The notes: generated by a model from the sequence alone, not told the origin. Shown: positions 41,308 through 54,749, counted from the first letter of the stretch. The stretch is DNA of 64,000 nucleotides from an uncultured delta proteobacterium (GCA_963749425.1 CAVVMK010000003.1:257506-321505), one strand, 5' to 3'. Translations and numbers: made by a program.

Positions 41308-42924
41308 ATGAACAACGATAACCGCAACCTGATCCTGGCTCTGGTGCTGATGACCGCAGTCTGGTTTGGCTTCAGCTTCTTCTTCCCGGCCAAGGCGCCG
41401 CAGGGTCCTGCGGAAACCGTGTCGACCAATGCTGCCCAGCCGAATGAATCCGCCGTTGTCAAGCCACTCCTTACCAACGATGCGGGTGCGTCTTCCGTCT
41501 CCCCTCTGCCGGCAACCTTGAACGCCCCCTCCCGCGAGGTGGTTATTGATACGGACCTGTATCGCGCCGTATTCTCGACAGCCGGCGCGCGCCTGGTCTC
41601 ATTGGAACTCAAAAAGTACCTGGCGACCAATGCCCCTGATTCCGGACCGGTGCAGCTGGTCAAGATCCCCGAGTCACGCTATGCCACCCTGCGCACCACC
41701 GGTACCGAAGCCTTGGCGATAGCCGGGGATGCTCCGTACACGCTCGAGACAACACCGGCCGCGCTGACCGTTCCGGCTGGCGAAAAGTCTCTGGTGACCT
41801 TTCGGCACGTGACCGCCAGCGGTCTGGAAGTTATTAAAACCTTTACTTTCTATGGCGATCGCTATGCCATCGAGAACAACGTCGCTCTCCGTAACCGCAG
41901 CACTGTTCCCGTGCGGGGCGATCTGGATTTTGCCCTGATTCAACAGTGGGACGAAAGCAAGAAAGACAGCTACAGTTTTGTCGGGCCTGCCGTGCTGGCC
42001 GGCGACAAGCTGCACCAGGTGGACGTCGATGACCTGCAGAAAGCCCCCGCCTCTTTCGATAACCAGCTCGTCTGGAGCTCCCTGCAAAGCAAGTATTTCA
42101 TCGCCGCGGCCGTACCGCTCGGCGCGGAGGGCAACAAGCTGCGCTTGTCATTGAACAACGACCTGCTGGAAAGCACCTTTACCTCGGCGGCGCTGGCCAT
42201 GCAGCCCGGCGAGCAGCGCCGGTTCGATTATCTGCTGTTTTTTGGGCCGAAGGACCCGGAGTTGCTCAAGGCCGCTGACCATCAGCTTGATCGGGCCATC
42301 AATTTCGGCTGGTTCGACCTGCTCGCCAAGCCGCTGCTGCACGTTCTGATCTTCTTCTACGGCTTCCTCAATAACTACGGGCTTGCCATCATCCTGCTGA
42401 CCGTCATCATCAAGCTGCTCTTCTGGCCGCTGACCCACAAGAGCTATGCCTCGATGAAGTCCATGCAGAAGCTGCAGCCGGAGATGCAGAAGCTTCGCGA
42501 GAAGTTCAAGAATGACAAGGAACGGCTGAACAAGGAATTGATGGAGCTGTATAAAACCCACCGGGTGAATCCTCTCGGCGGCTGCCTGCCGATGCTGGTG
42601 CAGATCCCGGTGTTCTTCGCGCTCTACAAGGTCCTGCTCGACTCGATCGCCCTGCGTCAGGCGCCTTTCATGCTCTGGCTGACCGACCTGTCGGCCAAGG
42701 ATCCTTACTATATTACCCCGCTGCTGATGGGGGCGAGCATGTTCGTGCAGCAGAAGATGACGCCGACCACGGCTGATCCGATGCAGGCGAAAATCTTCAT
42801 GTTCATGCCGGTGATCTTCACCTTCCTGTTCCTCAACTTCCCTTCGGGGCTGGTCCTTTACTGGCTGGTCAACAACCTGCTGACCATCGCTCAGCAATAC
42901 TACATCAATCGCCGCGCGAGCTGA
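41308..42924 (+). CDS. yidC: Membrane protein insertase YidC
   Basis: 538 aa with an N-terminal TM helix, a large periplasmic domain and the conserved C-terminal core (NYGLAIILLTVIIKLLFWPL, GCLPMLVQIPVFFALY). Confidence 0.95.
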   Translation: MNNDNRNLILALVLMTAVWFGFSFFFPAKAPQGPAETVSTNAAQPNESAVVKPLLTNDAGASSVSPLPATLNAPSREVVIDTDLYRAVFSTAGARLVSLELKKYLATNAPDSGPVQLVKIPESRYATLRTTGTEALAIAGDAPYTLETTPAALTVPAGEKSLVTFRHVTASGLEVIKTFTFYGDRYAIENNVALRNRSTVPVRGDLDFALIQQWDESKKDSYSFVGPAVLAGDKLHQVDVDDLQKAPASFDNQLVWSSLQSKYFIAAAVPLGAEGNKLRLSLNNDLLESTFTSAALAMQPGEQRRFDYLLFFGPKDPELLKAADHQLDRAINFGWFDLLAKPLLHVLIFFYGFLNNYGLAIILLTVIIKLLFWPLTHKSYASMKSMQKLQPEMQKLREKFKNDKERLNKELMELYKTHRVNPLGGCLPMLVQIPVFFALYKVLLDSIALRQAPFMLWLTDLSAKDPYYITPLLMGASMFVQQKMTPTTADPMQAKIFMFMPVIFTFLFLNFPSGLVLYWLVNNLLTIAQQYYINRRAS

Positions 42925-42931
42925 TTCGGCC

Positions 42932-44322
42932 GTGAACCGACCCGCCCTGCCCGCCGCCGACACCATCGTCGCGCCGGCGACCCCGCCGGGCGACGGCGGG
43001 GTCGGCATCGTGCGTCTCTCCGGGCCTCGCGCAGAAGCCTTGCTGGCAAGCGTATTCCGTGGCCGGACCAGCGTCGCCGGCCATGACCTCCCACCACCTC
43101 TACCACGGCCTGCTCTGTCGCCGCGACGCCACCCCGATTGACGAGGTGCTCGCTGTCGTCATGCGCGCACCGCACTCGTACACCGGCGAGGACGTGGTCG
43201 AAGTCCATTGTCACGGGGGGAACCAGCTGCTGCGCAGCGTCCTCGACCTGTTTCTCTCCACCGGGGCCCGCCTCGCCCAGCCCGGCGAATTTACGCGGCG
43301 GGCCTTCCTCAACGGCCGACTCGACCTGGCCCAGGCCGAGGCCGTGGCCGCCCTGATCGGGGCTCGTTCCGAACAGGCCGCCCGGGCGGCCCTGGCCCAG
43401 CTCGACGGCGCGCCTGTCGCGGCAACTCCGCAACTTTACAGAGGAGTTGCGCGCCCTGCTGCTGCTGGTCGAGGCACATATCGATTTTCCCGACGACGAC
43501 CTCGGGGTTCTCGACCAGGCAGACAGTGGGGGCCGGTGCAACTGCTGTGCAAGCGGGAATGTCTGCCCTGCTGATGACTTTCGATGCCGGGCGGGCCTTG
43601 CGGGAAGGGAGTCAACGTGCTGATCCTGGGCCGCCCGAATGTCGGGAAAAGTTCGTTGCTCAACGCCCTGCTCGGCGAAGCCCGGGCGATCGTAACCGAG
43701 GTTCCCGGGACGACGCGCGACACCGTCGAGGAGCTGGTCGTGCTGGGGGGGTTCCCGGTGCGCCTGGTGGATACCGCGGGGGTGCGTGACACCGTCGACC
43801 CGATCGAGCAGGAGGGGGTACGCCGGGCACGGGAAAAGACCATGGCCGCCGATCTGGTGCTGCTGGTGATCGACGCATCGCACCCGCTGACCAGAGAGGA
43901 CCGCATGGCCATGGTCCTGGCGCCCCCGGAGCGGACCGTGCTGGTGCTCAACAAGTCCGACCTGCCAGGCGGCTGCGCAGCGGGGGACCTGGCAGGCTTC
44001 CCCCGGCAGGTCAAGGTCTCGCGCCAAGCACGGACACGGGATGGCTGCCCTGGAGCAGGCGGTGGTGGCGCACTTTTGTGATCATTCGGGTGTGGAGTTG
44101 GGTGAAGACGTGGTGCTGACCGAGCGCCGGCACCGGGAAGCCCTGGGCGGAGCGCTGGCGGCCGTTGGGCGGTTTCTGGCCGCGCAGGCCGCCCGGGAGC
44201 CTCTTGAATGCCTGGCTCTCGAGCTGCGCGAGGCGCTGGCGTCTCTCGGTCAGATTACCGGTGAAACTACCCCCGACGAAATTCTCGATCAGATTTTCGC
44301 CCGCTTCTGCATCGGCAAGTAG
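42932..44322 (+). pseudogene. mnmE: tRNA modification GTPase MnmE (TrmE); reading frame interrupted by five +1 shifts in the sequence as given
   Basis: Homology runs through four ORF-track fragments (42932, 43059, 43584, 44041) plus two short stretches in other frames. It includes [68 protein letters not shown] and the C-terminal FCIGK. Extra bases lie near 43081, 43413, 43528-43532, 43607-43609 and 44024. Confidence 0.85.
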
Positions 44323-44382
44323 CCAGGCGGCCACCGCGCCGTGATTGCCAGAGCTCGGCAGCCTGCCGCGGGAGAGTTGACA

Positions 44383-44398
44383 TGTTTCACGTGAAACA
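44383..44398. promoter_or_regulatory. parS centromere-like site
   Basis: TGTTTCACGTGAAACA is a perfect 16-bp palindrome matching the ParB/Spo0J parS consensus. It lies in the mnmE-mnmG spacer, 2.7 kb upstream of parA. Confidence 0.88.
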
Positions 44399-44418
44399 GC
44401 AGGAGTGACCCGCTGGCC

Positions 44419-46275
44419 ATGAGTGACAAAGCAACCTGCTACCAGGTGATTGTGGTCGGTGCCGGCCATGCCGGCTGCGAGGCGGCCCTGGCTGCAGCAC
44501 GGATGGGGTGCCGAACCTTGCTGTTGACCCTGCACCTCGATATGTGCGGGCAGATGTCGTGCAACCCGGCGATCGGCGGCCTGGCCAAGGGGCACCTGGT
44601 TCGCGAGATCGACGCGCTCGGCGGCGAGATGGCCCGCAACATCGATGCCACCGGCATCCAGTTTCGCGTACTCAACACCAAGAAGGGCCCGGCGGTGCGG
44701 GCATCGCGCGCCCAGGCCGACCGTGATCTCTACCGTCTGCGCATGAAGCGGGTGCTGGAGAGTCAGCCGGGCCTCGACCTCAAGCAGGGGCAGGTGGTGC
44801 GGCTGCTGGTCGAGGGGGGGCGGGTTGCCGGCGTGGAAACCCGCGACGGAGCGTGTTTACCTGCCTCGGCGGTGGTGCTGACCACCGGCACCTTCCTGCG
44901 CGGACTGATTCATGTCGGCCTGGTGCACTACCCCGGCGGCAGGGCCGGCGAGCCACCCGCCGAAGGACTCTCCGAGCAGCTGCGCGCCCTCGGCTTCAGT
45001 GTCGGCCGGCTGAAAACCGGCACCCCGGCGCGGCTGGCGAAAAGCTCCATCGATTTCTCCCGACTCGAGGCACAACCCGGCGACCCCGCACCGCGGCCCT
45101 TCTCGGCCGATACCGAGCGGATCGATCGCCCGCAACTGCCTTGCCACATCACCTATACCAACCCGCGCACTCACGAGATCATTCGCAGCGGTCTGGACCG
45201 TTCCCCGCTCTACTCGGGCATCATCGAAGGGGTCGGCCCGCGCTACTGCCCCTCCATCGAGGACAAGGTCGTCCGTTTTCCCGACAAGGACCAGCACCAG
45301 ATTTTCCTTGAGCCGGAAGGCCAGGCCAGCGGAGAAATCTACCCGAACGGCGTCTCCACCTCGCTGCCGATCGACATCCAGTTGGCGTTCCTGCGGACCA
45401 TGCCGGGGCTCGAACAGGTCGAAATCATGCGGCCTGGCTATGCCATCGAATATGATTACGTCGATCCAATCCAGTTGCTGCCTACGCTGGAAACCAAGGG
45501 GGTGCGCGGGCTGTACCACGCCGGGCAGATCAACGGTACCTCGGGTTACGAGGAAGCGGCCGCCCAGGGTTTGCTGGCCGGGATCAACGCGGCCCGACAG
45601 GTTTTCGGGGAAGAACCGGTGACGATTGCGCGCGACCAGGGTTATCTCGGCGTGCTGGTGGACGATCTGGTCAACCTCGGAGCCCGTGAACCGTACCGGA
45701 TGTTCACCTCGCGGGCCGAGTTCCGTCTGCTGTTGCGCGAGGACAATGCCGACCAAAGGCTCAGCGCCATCGGCCACCGGGTCGGCCTGTTGCCGGCAGG
45801 GCGCTGGGAGCGTTTCCGTGCCAAACTGGCGGCCCTGGAAGCAGGAGCAGCGCGGTTGCGGGAAGTGCGGGTGGCCCCGGGCGACAAGGCGGTGCTTGAG
45901 CGTCTCGGCCTGGGGTTGTTGAATAACGGTGCCTCGCTCGAGGAGTTGCTGCGCCGCCCCGAACTCGGGCTCGAGGACCTGTTGTTTCTGGATGCGGCCT
46001 TGGCCGCGCTGCCGGTTGAAGTCCGCGACGAACTGGAAACCACGGTCAAGTACGCCGGCTATATCCGTCGCCAGCAGGACCAGGTCGAGCGTCTGCGCCG
46101 CATGGAAATGCAAGCCATCCCGGCGGAGTTTGACTACGCAGCGGTTGCCAGCCTGTCCGCCGAAGTTCGCGAAAAGCTGTTGAAGGTCAGGCCCGCGACT
46201 CTCGGTCAGGCAAGCCGGATTCCCGGGGTGACCCCGGCCGCCATCGCTATCCTTGCGGTGATGCTGCGGCGCTGA
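44419..46275 (+). CDS. mnmG: tRNA uridine 5-carboxymethylaminomethyl modification enzyme MnmG (GidA)
   Basis: 618 aa with [21 protein letters not shown] (FAD motif), [11 protein letters not shown] and [16 protein letters not shown]. Confidence 0.96.
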   Translation: MSDKATCYQVIVVGAGHAGCEAALAAARMGCRTLLLTLHLDMCGQMSCNPAIGGLAKGHLVREIDALGGEMARNIDATGIQFRVLNTKKGPAVRASRAQADRDLYRLRMKRVLESQPGLDLKQGQVVRLLVEGGRVAGVETRDGACLPASAVVLTTGTFLRGLIHVGLVHYPGGRAGEPPAEGLSEQLRALGFSVGRLKTGTPARLAKSSIDFSRLEAQPGDPAPRPFSADTERIDRPQLPCHITYTNPRTHEIIRSGLDRSPLYSGIIEGVGPRYCPSIEDKVVRFPDKDQHQIFLEPEGQASGEIYPNGVSTSLPIDIQLAFLRTMPGLEQVEIMRPGYAIEYDYVDPIQLLPTLETKGVRGLYHAGQINGTSGYEEAAAQGLLAGINAARQVFGEEPVTIARDQGYLGVLVDDLVNLGAREPYRMFTSRAEFRLLLREDNADQRLSAIGHRVGLLPAGRWERFRAKLAALEAGAARLREVRVAPGDKAVLERLGLGLLNNGASLEELLRRPELGLEDLLFLDAALAALPVEVRDELETTVKYAGYIRRQQDQVERLRRMEMQAIPAEFDYAAVASLSAEVREKLLKVRPATLGQASRIPGVTPAAIAILAVMLRR

Positions 46276-46279
46276 CGAG

Positions 46280-46930
46280 ATGAGCGAAACCGCGTTGGTC
46301 GAGCTGCTGGCTCCCCTGGAATGCTTCCTGGAAGCAGAGAGGCTGGATCGCCTGGAATGGCTGGCCGGGGAGCTTTTGCGCTGGAACCACACCCACAACC
46401 TGACGGCGATAACCGAGCTTGCCGAGGTCCGAGAAAAGCATCTGGTCGATTCCCTGACCCTGCTGCCGTATCTCGACGGTGCCCGGCGCCTGCTCGATAT
46501 GGGGTCCGGGGCCGGTTTTCCGGCCCTGCCCCTGAAGATTGTGCAGCCAGCACTGGAGGTGGTGTCGATCGATGCGGTCGGCAAGAAGGTCGCCTTTCAG
46601 CGCCATGTCGCGCGGACCCTGAAACTGACCGGATTTACCGCGATCCATGGGCGCGCCGAAGATTTCGCCGGACATCCGGCCTGCGCCGCCGGGTTTGATG
46701 TGGTCACCGCGCGGGCGCTGGGCAGCCTGCCGTTGCTGGTGGCTTTGGCGGCTCCTTGTTTGGCCCCGGGCGGGACGTTGATTGCCATGAAGGGACGCGA
46801 GGGGCATCGCGAGCTTGCGGACAGTGCCTCGTTGCTGCAGAAGCAGGGCTGGTCGGCGTACTGCCATGACCTGACTTTGCCAGGGTCCGGAGCCGAACGC
46901 TGCCTGATCTTTCTTGAGCACAACATGTAG
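46280..46930 (+). CDS. rsmG: 16S rRNA (guanine527-N7)-methyltransferase RsmG (GidB)
   Basis: 216 aa with the DMGSGAGFPALPLKI SAM-binding motif. It lies in the position after mnmG. Confidence 0.92.
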   Translation: MSETALVELLAPLECFLEAERLDRLEWLAGELLRWNHTHNLTAITELAEVREKHLVDSLTLLPYLDGARRLLDMGSGAGFPALPLKIVQPALEVVSIDAVGKKVAFQRHVARTLKLTGFTAIHGRAEDFAGHPACAAGFDVVTARALGSLPLLVALAAPCLAPGGTLIAMKGREGHRELADSASLLQKQGWSAYCHDLTLPGSGAERCLIFLEHNM

Positions 46931-47058
46931 TGGCTTTTCTGCGGTATTCAGCGAGATGTGGTACTCACCCCGGGTCAGGGGTTTTTCCTTTGCAGGATCG
47001 GCCACTTGTGTTAAGTTGTGCGCCCCGGAACGCCTAATCTGTCAGGAGCCCTTTGGGC

Positions 47059-47829
47059 ATGGCCCAAATCATCGCCGTAGCCAATCAAAAAGGTGGGGTG
47101 GGCAAAACCACCACGACCGTCAATCTCGGCGCCTCGCTGGCGGCGGCCGAGCGGCGCACCCTGATTGTCGATCTCGACCCCCAGGCCAACAGCACCAGCG
47201 GGGTAGGGGTGGATCCGCACGCTCTCGAGCAGACCGCCTATCAAGTGCTGCTCGGGTCGGTATCGGTTCTGGCGGCGCGCCGCGAGACGGCTCTCGGCCA
47301 TCTGCACCTGCTTCCGGCCAGCCCCGACCTGATCGGCGCCGAAGTGGAGCTGATCAGCGCCCTGGCGCGCGAGGGGAAGCTCAAGTCGGCCCTGGCGGAA
47401 GTCCGTGCCGATTACGACTATATCCTGATCGACTGTCCACCGTCGCTGGGGCTGCTGACCATCAATGCGCTGACCGCCGCCGACCGGGTGCTGATCCCGC
47501 TGCAGTGCGAGTACTACGCCATGGAGGGCTTAAGCCAGCTGCTCAACACGGTCCGCCTGATCCAGCGCGAACTCAACCCGAAGCTGGCGCTGCTCGGCAT
47601 CCTGCTGACCATGTTCGATGCCCGCAACAACCTCTCCCACCAAGTGGTCGAGGAGATGCGCAAACACTTTGACGGCCAGGTATTCGAGACCATGATCCCG
47701 CGCAATGTCCGGCTTTCCGAAGCGCCCAGCCACGGCCTGCCGGCGCTGCTCTACGACATTTCTTCGCGCGGTGCCGTCGCCTATCTCGATCTGGCTCGGG
47801 AGATCATTCGCAGGGAGCCGTTGTCATGA
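47059..47829 (+). CDS. parA: Chromosome partitioning ATPase ParA (Soj)
   Basis: MAQIIAVANQKGGVGKTTT (deviant Walker A) and IDCPPSLG. ATG 47059 lies 10 nt after AGGAG; the track ORF starts at a TTG two codons earlier. Confidence 0.95.
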   Translation: MAQIIAVANQKGGVGKTTTTVNLGASLAAAERRTLIVDLDPQANSTSGVGVDPHALEQTAYQVLLGSVSVLAARRETALGHLHLLPASPDLIGAEVELISALAREGKLKSALAEVRADYDYILIDCPPSLGLLTINALTAADRVLIPLQCEYYAMEGLSQLLNTVRLIQRELNPKLALLGILLTMFDARNNLSHQVVEEMRKHFDGQVFETMIPRNVRLSEAPSHGLPALLYDISSRGAVAYLDLAREIIRREPLS

Positions 47830-48683
47830 CCAAGCGACCGGCGCTCGGCAAGGGGATCGGTGCCCTGATCTCTTCGGCCACCCAGGAGGGGCGCCACAAG
47901 TATTTCCTCTGCCCGGTCGAGGAGTTGCGTCCCCATGCCCGGCAGCCGCGCAAGAGCTTCGACGATGCCAAGATGGAAGAGCTGGTGGCCTCGATCCGCG
48001 AGAAAGGGGTGATCCAGCCCCTGGTGGTGCGCAACGCCGGCGATCACTACCAGATCATTGCGGGAGAGCGGCGCTGGCGGGCGGCGCAGCGCGCCGGTCT
48101 GAAGGACGTGCCGGTGGTGATCCAGGATGTCTCCGAGGATTGGGCCCTGGAGATGGCGCTGATCGAAAACATCCAGCGCGAGGATCTCAACCCGATCGAG
48201 GAGGCCGAAGCCTATCGGCATTTGATGAGCAGCTTCGACCTGTCCCAGGAAGAAGTTGCCAAGCGGGTCGGCAAGGATCGCTCGACCATCGCCAACGCCC
48301 TGCGTCTGTTGCGTCTGCCGCGGACCGTGCAGCAGGATGTCATGTCCGCCCGTCTGTCCATGGGCCATGCGCGGGCGCTGCTGCCGCTGGAGAGTGCGGC
48401 AAAGCTGCAGGAAGCCCGCGACCTGGTGGTGAAAAAACAGCTTTCCGTGCGCCAGACCGAGGAACTGGTCAAGCGGCTGAAAACCGTGGTGCCGGCAGCG
48501 ACCCGCCGTAAGAACGCCGACCCGGAACTGACCGACCTGGCGGCTCGTTTGCAACGGCAACTCGGTACGCAGGTGCGCCTCCTGCCCAAAGCGCGTGGCG
48601 GCCAAGGGGGCAAGATCGAAATCGTCTACTATTCCGCCGACGAGCTGGAGCGGCTCCTGGAATGGTTTGCTGCCCGGCGCTAA
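47826..48683 (+). CDS. parB: Chromosome partitioning protein ParB (Spo0J)
   Basis: 285 aa with the ParB box GERRWRAAQRAGL and HTH SQEEVAKRVGKDRSTIANALRLL. It overlaps parA by 4 nt. Confidence 0.95.
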   Translation: MTKRPALGKGIGALISSATQEGRHKYFLCPVEELRPHARQPRKSFDDAKMEELVASIREKGVIQPLVVRNAGDHYQIIAGERRWRAAQRAGLKDVPVVIQDVSEDWALEMALIENIQREDLNPIEEAEAYRHLMSSFDLSQEEVAKRVGKDRSTIANALRLLRLPRTVQQDVMSARLSMGHARALLPLESAAKLQEARDLVVKKQLSVRQTEELVKRLKTVVPAATRRKNADPELTDLAARLQRQLGTQVRLLPKARGGQGGKIEIVYYSADELERLLEWFAARR

Positions 48684-48710
48684 GCGCTGATACGGCGAGG
48701 AGGGCGGCCA

Positions 48711-49118
48711 ATGTTTGCCAAAAAGGACAAAGATGCCATGCTGCGTCGGGAAACCTCCCTGGAAAAAAGTGATATCAAGGCTTTTCTGGGACCAGGCAGC
48801 CAGTTCGAGGGGCGCCTGGCCTTTAACGAAATCGTCCGGCTCGACGGGGCGTTCCGTGGCGAGGTAACCTCCCGCGACACCCTGATCGTCGGTGAAAGCG
48901 CCGATCTCCAGGCGGAAGTTTCAGTCGGCACGCTGATTCTGAGTGGCCGTTTTCGCGGGAATATCAAAGCCGAAGCACGGGTGGAACTGCGGGCTCCGGC
49001 CCAGGTCGAGGGAACCATAGAAACACCCAGCCTGTCCGTCGAGGACGGGGTGGTCTTCAATGGCACCATTACGATGACCCGAGGTTCTGGCAGCGAGTCC
49101 GGTGGCGGCGCGTCGTGA
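48711..49118 (+). CDS. Bactofilin-family cytoskeletal protein
   Basis: 135 aa with a repetitive beta-helix-like core (VRLDGAFRGEVTSRDTLIVGESADLQAEVSVGTLILSGRFRGNIKAEARVELRAPAQVEGTIET) typical of DUF583/bactofilin. It starts 27 nt after parB. Confidence 0.8.
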   Translation: MFAKKDKDAMLRRETSLEKSDIKAFLGPGSQFEGRLAFNEIVRLDGAFRGEVTSRDTLIVGESADLQAEVSVGTLILSGRFRGNIKAEARVELRAPAQVEGTIETPSLSVEDGVVFNGTITMTRGSGSESGGGAS

Positions 49119-49247
49119 GCAACCCCTCCCGGACCCCGGTCGTGACTGTGGAATCGACCTTGACAACCCGGATGTGCTGTGGTAGTCATCTTGCGTTTTA
49201 GCCCCCTTGGCGGGATTAGAACTGCTCATTTACGCCCTTTCGGAACC

Positions 49248-49262
49248 TTGTATACAGTATAC
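49248..49262. promoter_or_regulatory. GntR-type operator-like palindrome in the atp promoter region
   Basis: TTGTATACAGTATAC is identical over 15 nt to the palindrome at 57799-57813. It overlaps a possible promoter: TTTACG (49229), 16 nt, TATACA (49251). It lies 39 nt upstream of the atpF' start. Confidence 0.55.
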
Positions 49263-49300
49263 CGATGCACCCGTTGCGGTGCCCGACACGAGGTAAGACG

Positions 49301-49726
49301 GTGATCAAGCTCGACTGGACACTGTTCCTGCAGTTTGCCAACTTCATGATTTTGCTGGTCGTTCTCAACGTGCTCCTGTTCAGGCCGTTGCGCAACGCCA
49401 TGGCTGACCGCAAGGCGACCATCGACGGCAACCTGGCCAAGGCTCGGGCCATGGACGAGCAGATCCAGAGCCAGGTGGCCGAATACGAGGCCAAGCTGCA
49501 GGAAGCACGCCTGCGCGGCACCCAGGAGCGTACCGCCCTGCGCCAGTCCGCGCAGACCGAGGAAGCGAGCCTGCTGGGTGCGGCCAATGAAAAAGCTTCA
49601 CAGCGGCTGAAGATCCTCAAGGAACAGGTGGCCGGCGAAGCGGAGAGTGCCCGCCAGGTGCTGCGCGGTGAAACCGAAGCGCTGGCCCGGCAGATCGCCG
49701 GCAAGGTGCTGGGGAGGAGCCTGTAG
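49301..49726 (+). CDS. atpF2: F-type ATP synthase Fo subunit b'
   Basis: One N-terminal TM helix (LFLQFANFMILLVVLNVLLF) followed by a long charged helix. It is the first of two tandem b-type genes. The GTG 49301 start lies 8 nt after GAGG. Confidence 0.8.
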   Translation: MIKLDWTLFLQFANFMILLVVLNVLLFRPLRNAMADRKATIDGNLAKARAMDEQIQSQVAEYEAKLQEARLRGTQERTALRQSAQTEEASLLGAANEKASQRLKILKEQVAGEAESARQVLRGETEALARQIAGKVLGRSL

Positions 49727-50314
49727 ATGAACTTCCGTACTCTGCCCAGCCTTGCCCTTGCCTTGCTGGCGACCGTGACCCTGCCGGTGCTGGTTCTGGC
49801 TGCCGGCGGCGGTGATCATCCTGTCGACGGCGGCGTGATCCTGAAAGATTTCATCTGGCGTTGTGTGAATTTTGCGGTAATGGTCGGCCTGATCGGCTAT
49901 TTCGTTCGCAAGCCGATCCGCAACGCTCTGCAAAGCCGCCGTGCCGAAATCGAGAAAACCCTGGCCGATGCCGCCGCCGCCCGTGATGCCGCCGAGGCCA
50001 AGGCGCGGGAATACCAGGAGAAGCTTACCAAAGCCTCTGCCGAGATCGAGTCGATATACGCTGCGATCCGCCGCGAAGGTGAGCTGGAGCGCGACAAGAT
50101 TCTCGCCAGCGCCAAGGAACTGGCCGTCAAGATCGAGCAGGAAGCCGATGCCAAGGCCGCTACTGCCGTGGCCCGGGCGCGCACCGAACTGCGTGCCGAG
50201 GCGACCCGCCTGGCCGTAGAGCTGGCCGAGGAGCTGCTCGCCAAAAGCGTGACCGCAGCCGACCATAAGCGGCTGATCGACGAGTACATGCAGAAAGTGG
50301 GAGAACTCCATTGA
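49727..50314 (+). CDS. atpF: F-type ATP synthase Fo subunit b
   Basis: 195 aa with a TM helix FIWRCVNFAVMVGLIGYFV and a long Ala/Glu/Lys-rich helix. Confidence 0.85.
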   Translation: MNFRTLPSLALALLATVTLPVLVLAAGGGDHPVDGGVILKDFIWRCVNFAVMVGLIGYFVRKPIRNALQSRRAEIEKTLADAAAARDAAEAKAREYQEKLTKASAEIESIYAAIRREGELERDKILASAKELAVKIEQEADAKAATAVARARTELRAEATRLAVELAEELLAKSVTAADHKRLIDEYMQKVGELH

Positions 50315-50853
50315 GTGCGAGTGCCCTGACCCGGCGGTATGCCAAGGCGCTGGTCGAGCTGGCCGTGGAACAGCAGGCTGTCGACCGCTACGGCGAGGAG
50401 TTGGCCACGGTCAACGCGATCCTTGGCCGCGAGCAACTGCTGCGCCTGCTGCTTGAAAGCCCGACCTTGGCCATGGAGAAGAAGGCCGCCATGTTGACCG
50501 ATCTCGCCGCCGCTCTCGGCCTCTCCGCGGGGACGAACAAGTTTCTCGGTCTGCTTCTGGTCAAGTCCCGGCTGTGCTATCTGCCGCAGATCGAAGAGAA
50601 CTATCGGCGCCTGGCCGACGAGCTGTCAGGGGTGCTGCGGGCCACGATCACCTCGGCGGTGGCACTCGATACCGCGCAGCAGCAGGCGATCGGCGCCGGC
50701 CTCGAGAAGCAGACCGGCAAAAAGGTGGCGCTGAACGTAAGCGTCGACCCGCAGCTGCTCGGCGGCGTGCAGGCCGAGATCGGCGGGCGCTTGTTCGACG
50801 GCAGCGTGCGGACCCAGTTGAAACGGATCGAAAAATCCTTAACGAAAGGTTGA
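50311..50853 (+). CDS. atpH: F-type ATP synthase subunit delta (OSCP)
   Basis: 180 aa; LTRRYAKALVELA and the C-terminal GGVQAEIGGRLFDGSVRTQLKRI are typical of delta. The TTG start overlaps the atpF stop. Confidence 0.88.
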   Translation: MSASALTRRYAKALVELAVEQQAVDRYGEELATVNAILGREQLLRLLLESPTLAMEKKAAMLTDLAAALGLSAGTNKFLGLLLVKSRLCYLPQIEENYRRLADELSGVLRATITSAVALDTAQQQAIGAGLEKQTGKKVALNVSVDPQLLGGVQAEIGGRLFDGSVRTQLKRIEKSLTKG

Positions 50854-50864
50854 TGTGAGGGCTT

Positions 50865-52373
<1,509 letters not shown>

Positions 52374-52398
52374 CCACGCCAGCGCCAGGTAGAGAACC

Positions 52399-53277
<879 letters not shown>

Positions 53278-53324
53278 CGACCAGACTATAGAACGAGGCT
53301 ACCCCCGGCTCTCGGGCGGGCTGA

Positions 53325-54749
<1,425 letters not shown>

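Noticed and set aside
42932-44322. Programmed ribosomal frameshifting or other recoding in mnmE
   Set aside because: The five sites share no common slippery heptamer or downstream structure, and one stretch would need three consecutive shifts within 200 nt. Indels, real or artefactual, are far more likely.
44857-46584. 575-aa minus-strand ORF
   Set aside because: It is antisense to mnmG and rsmG, low-complexity and Arg/Gly/Pro-rich, with no motifs. It is a shadow ORF.
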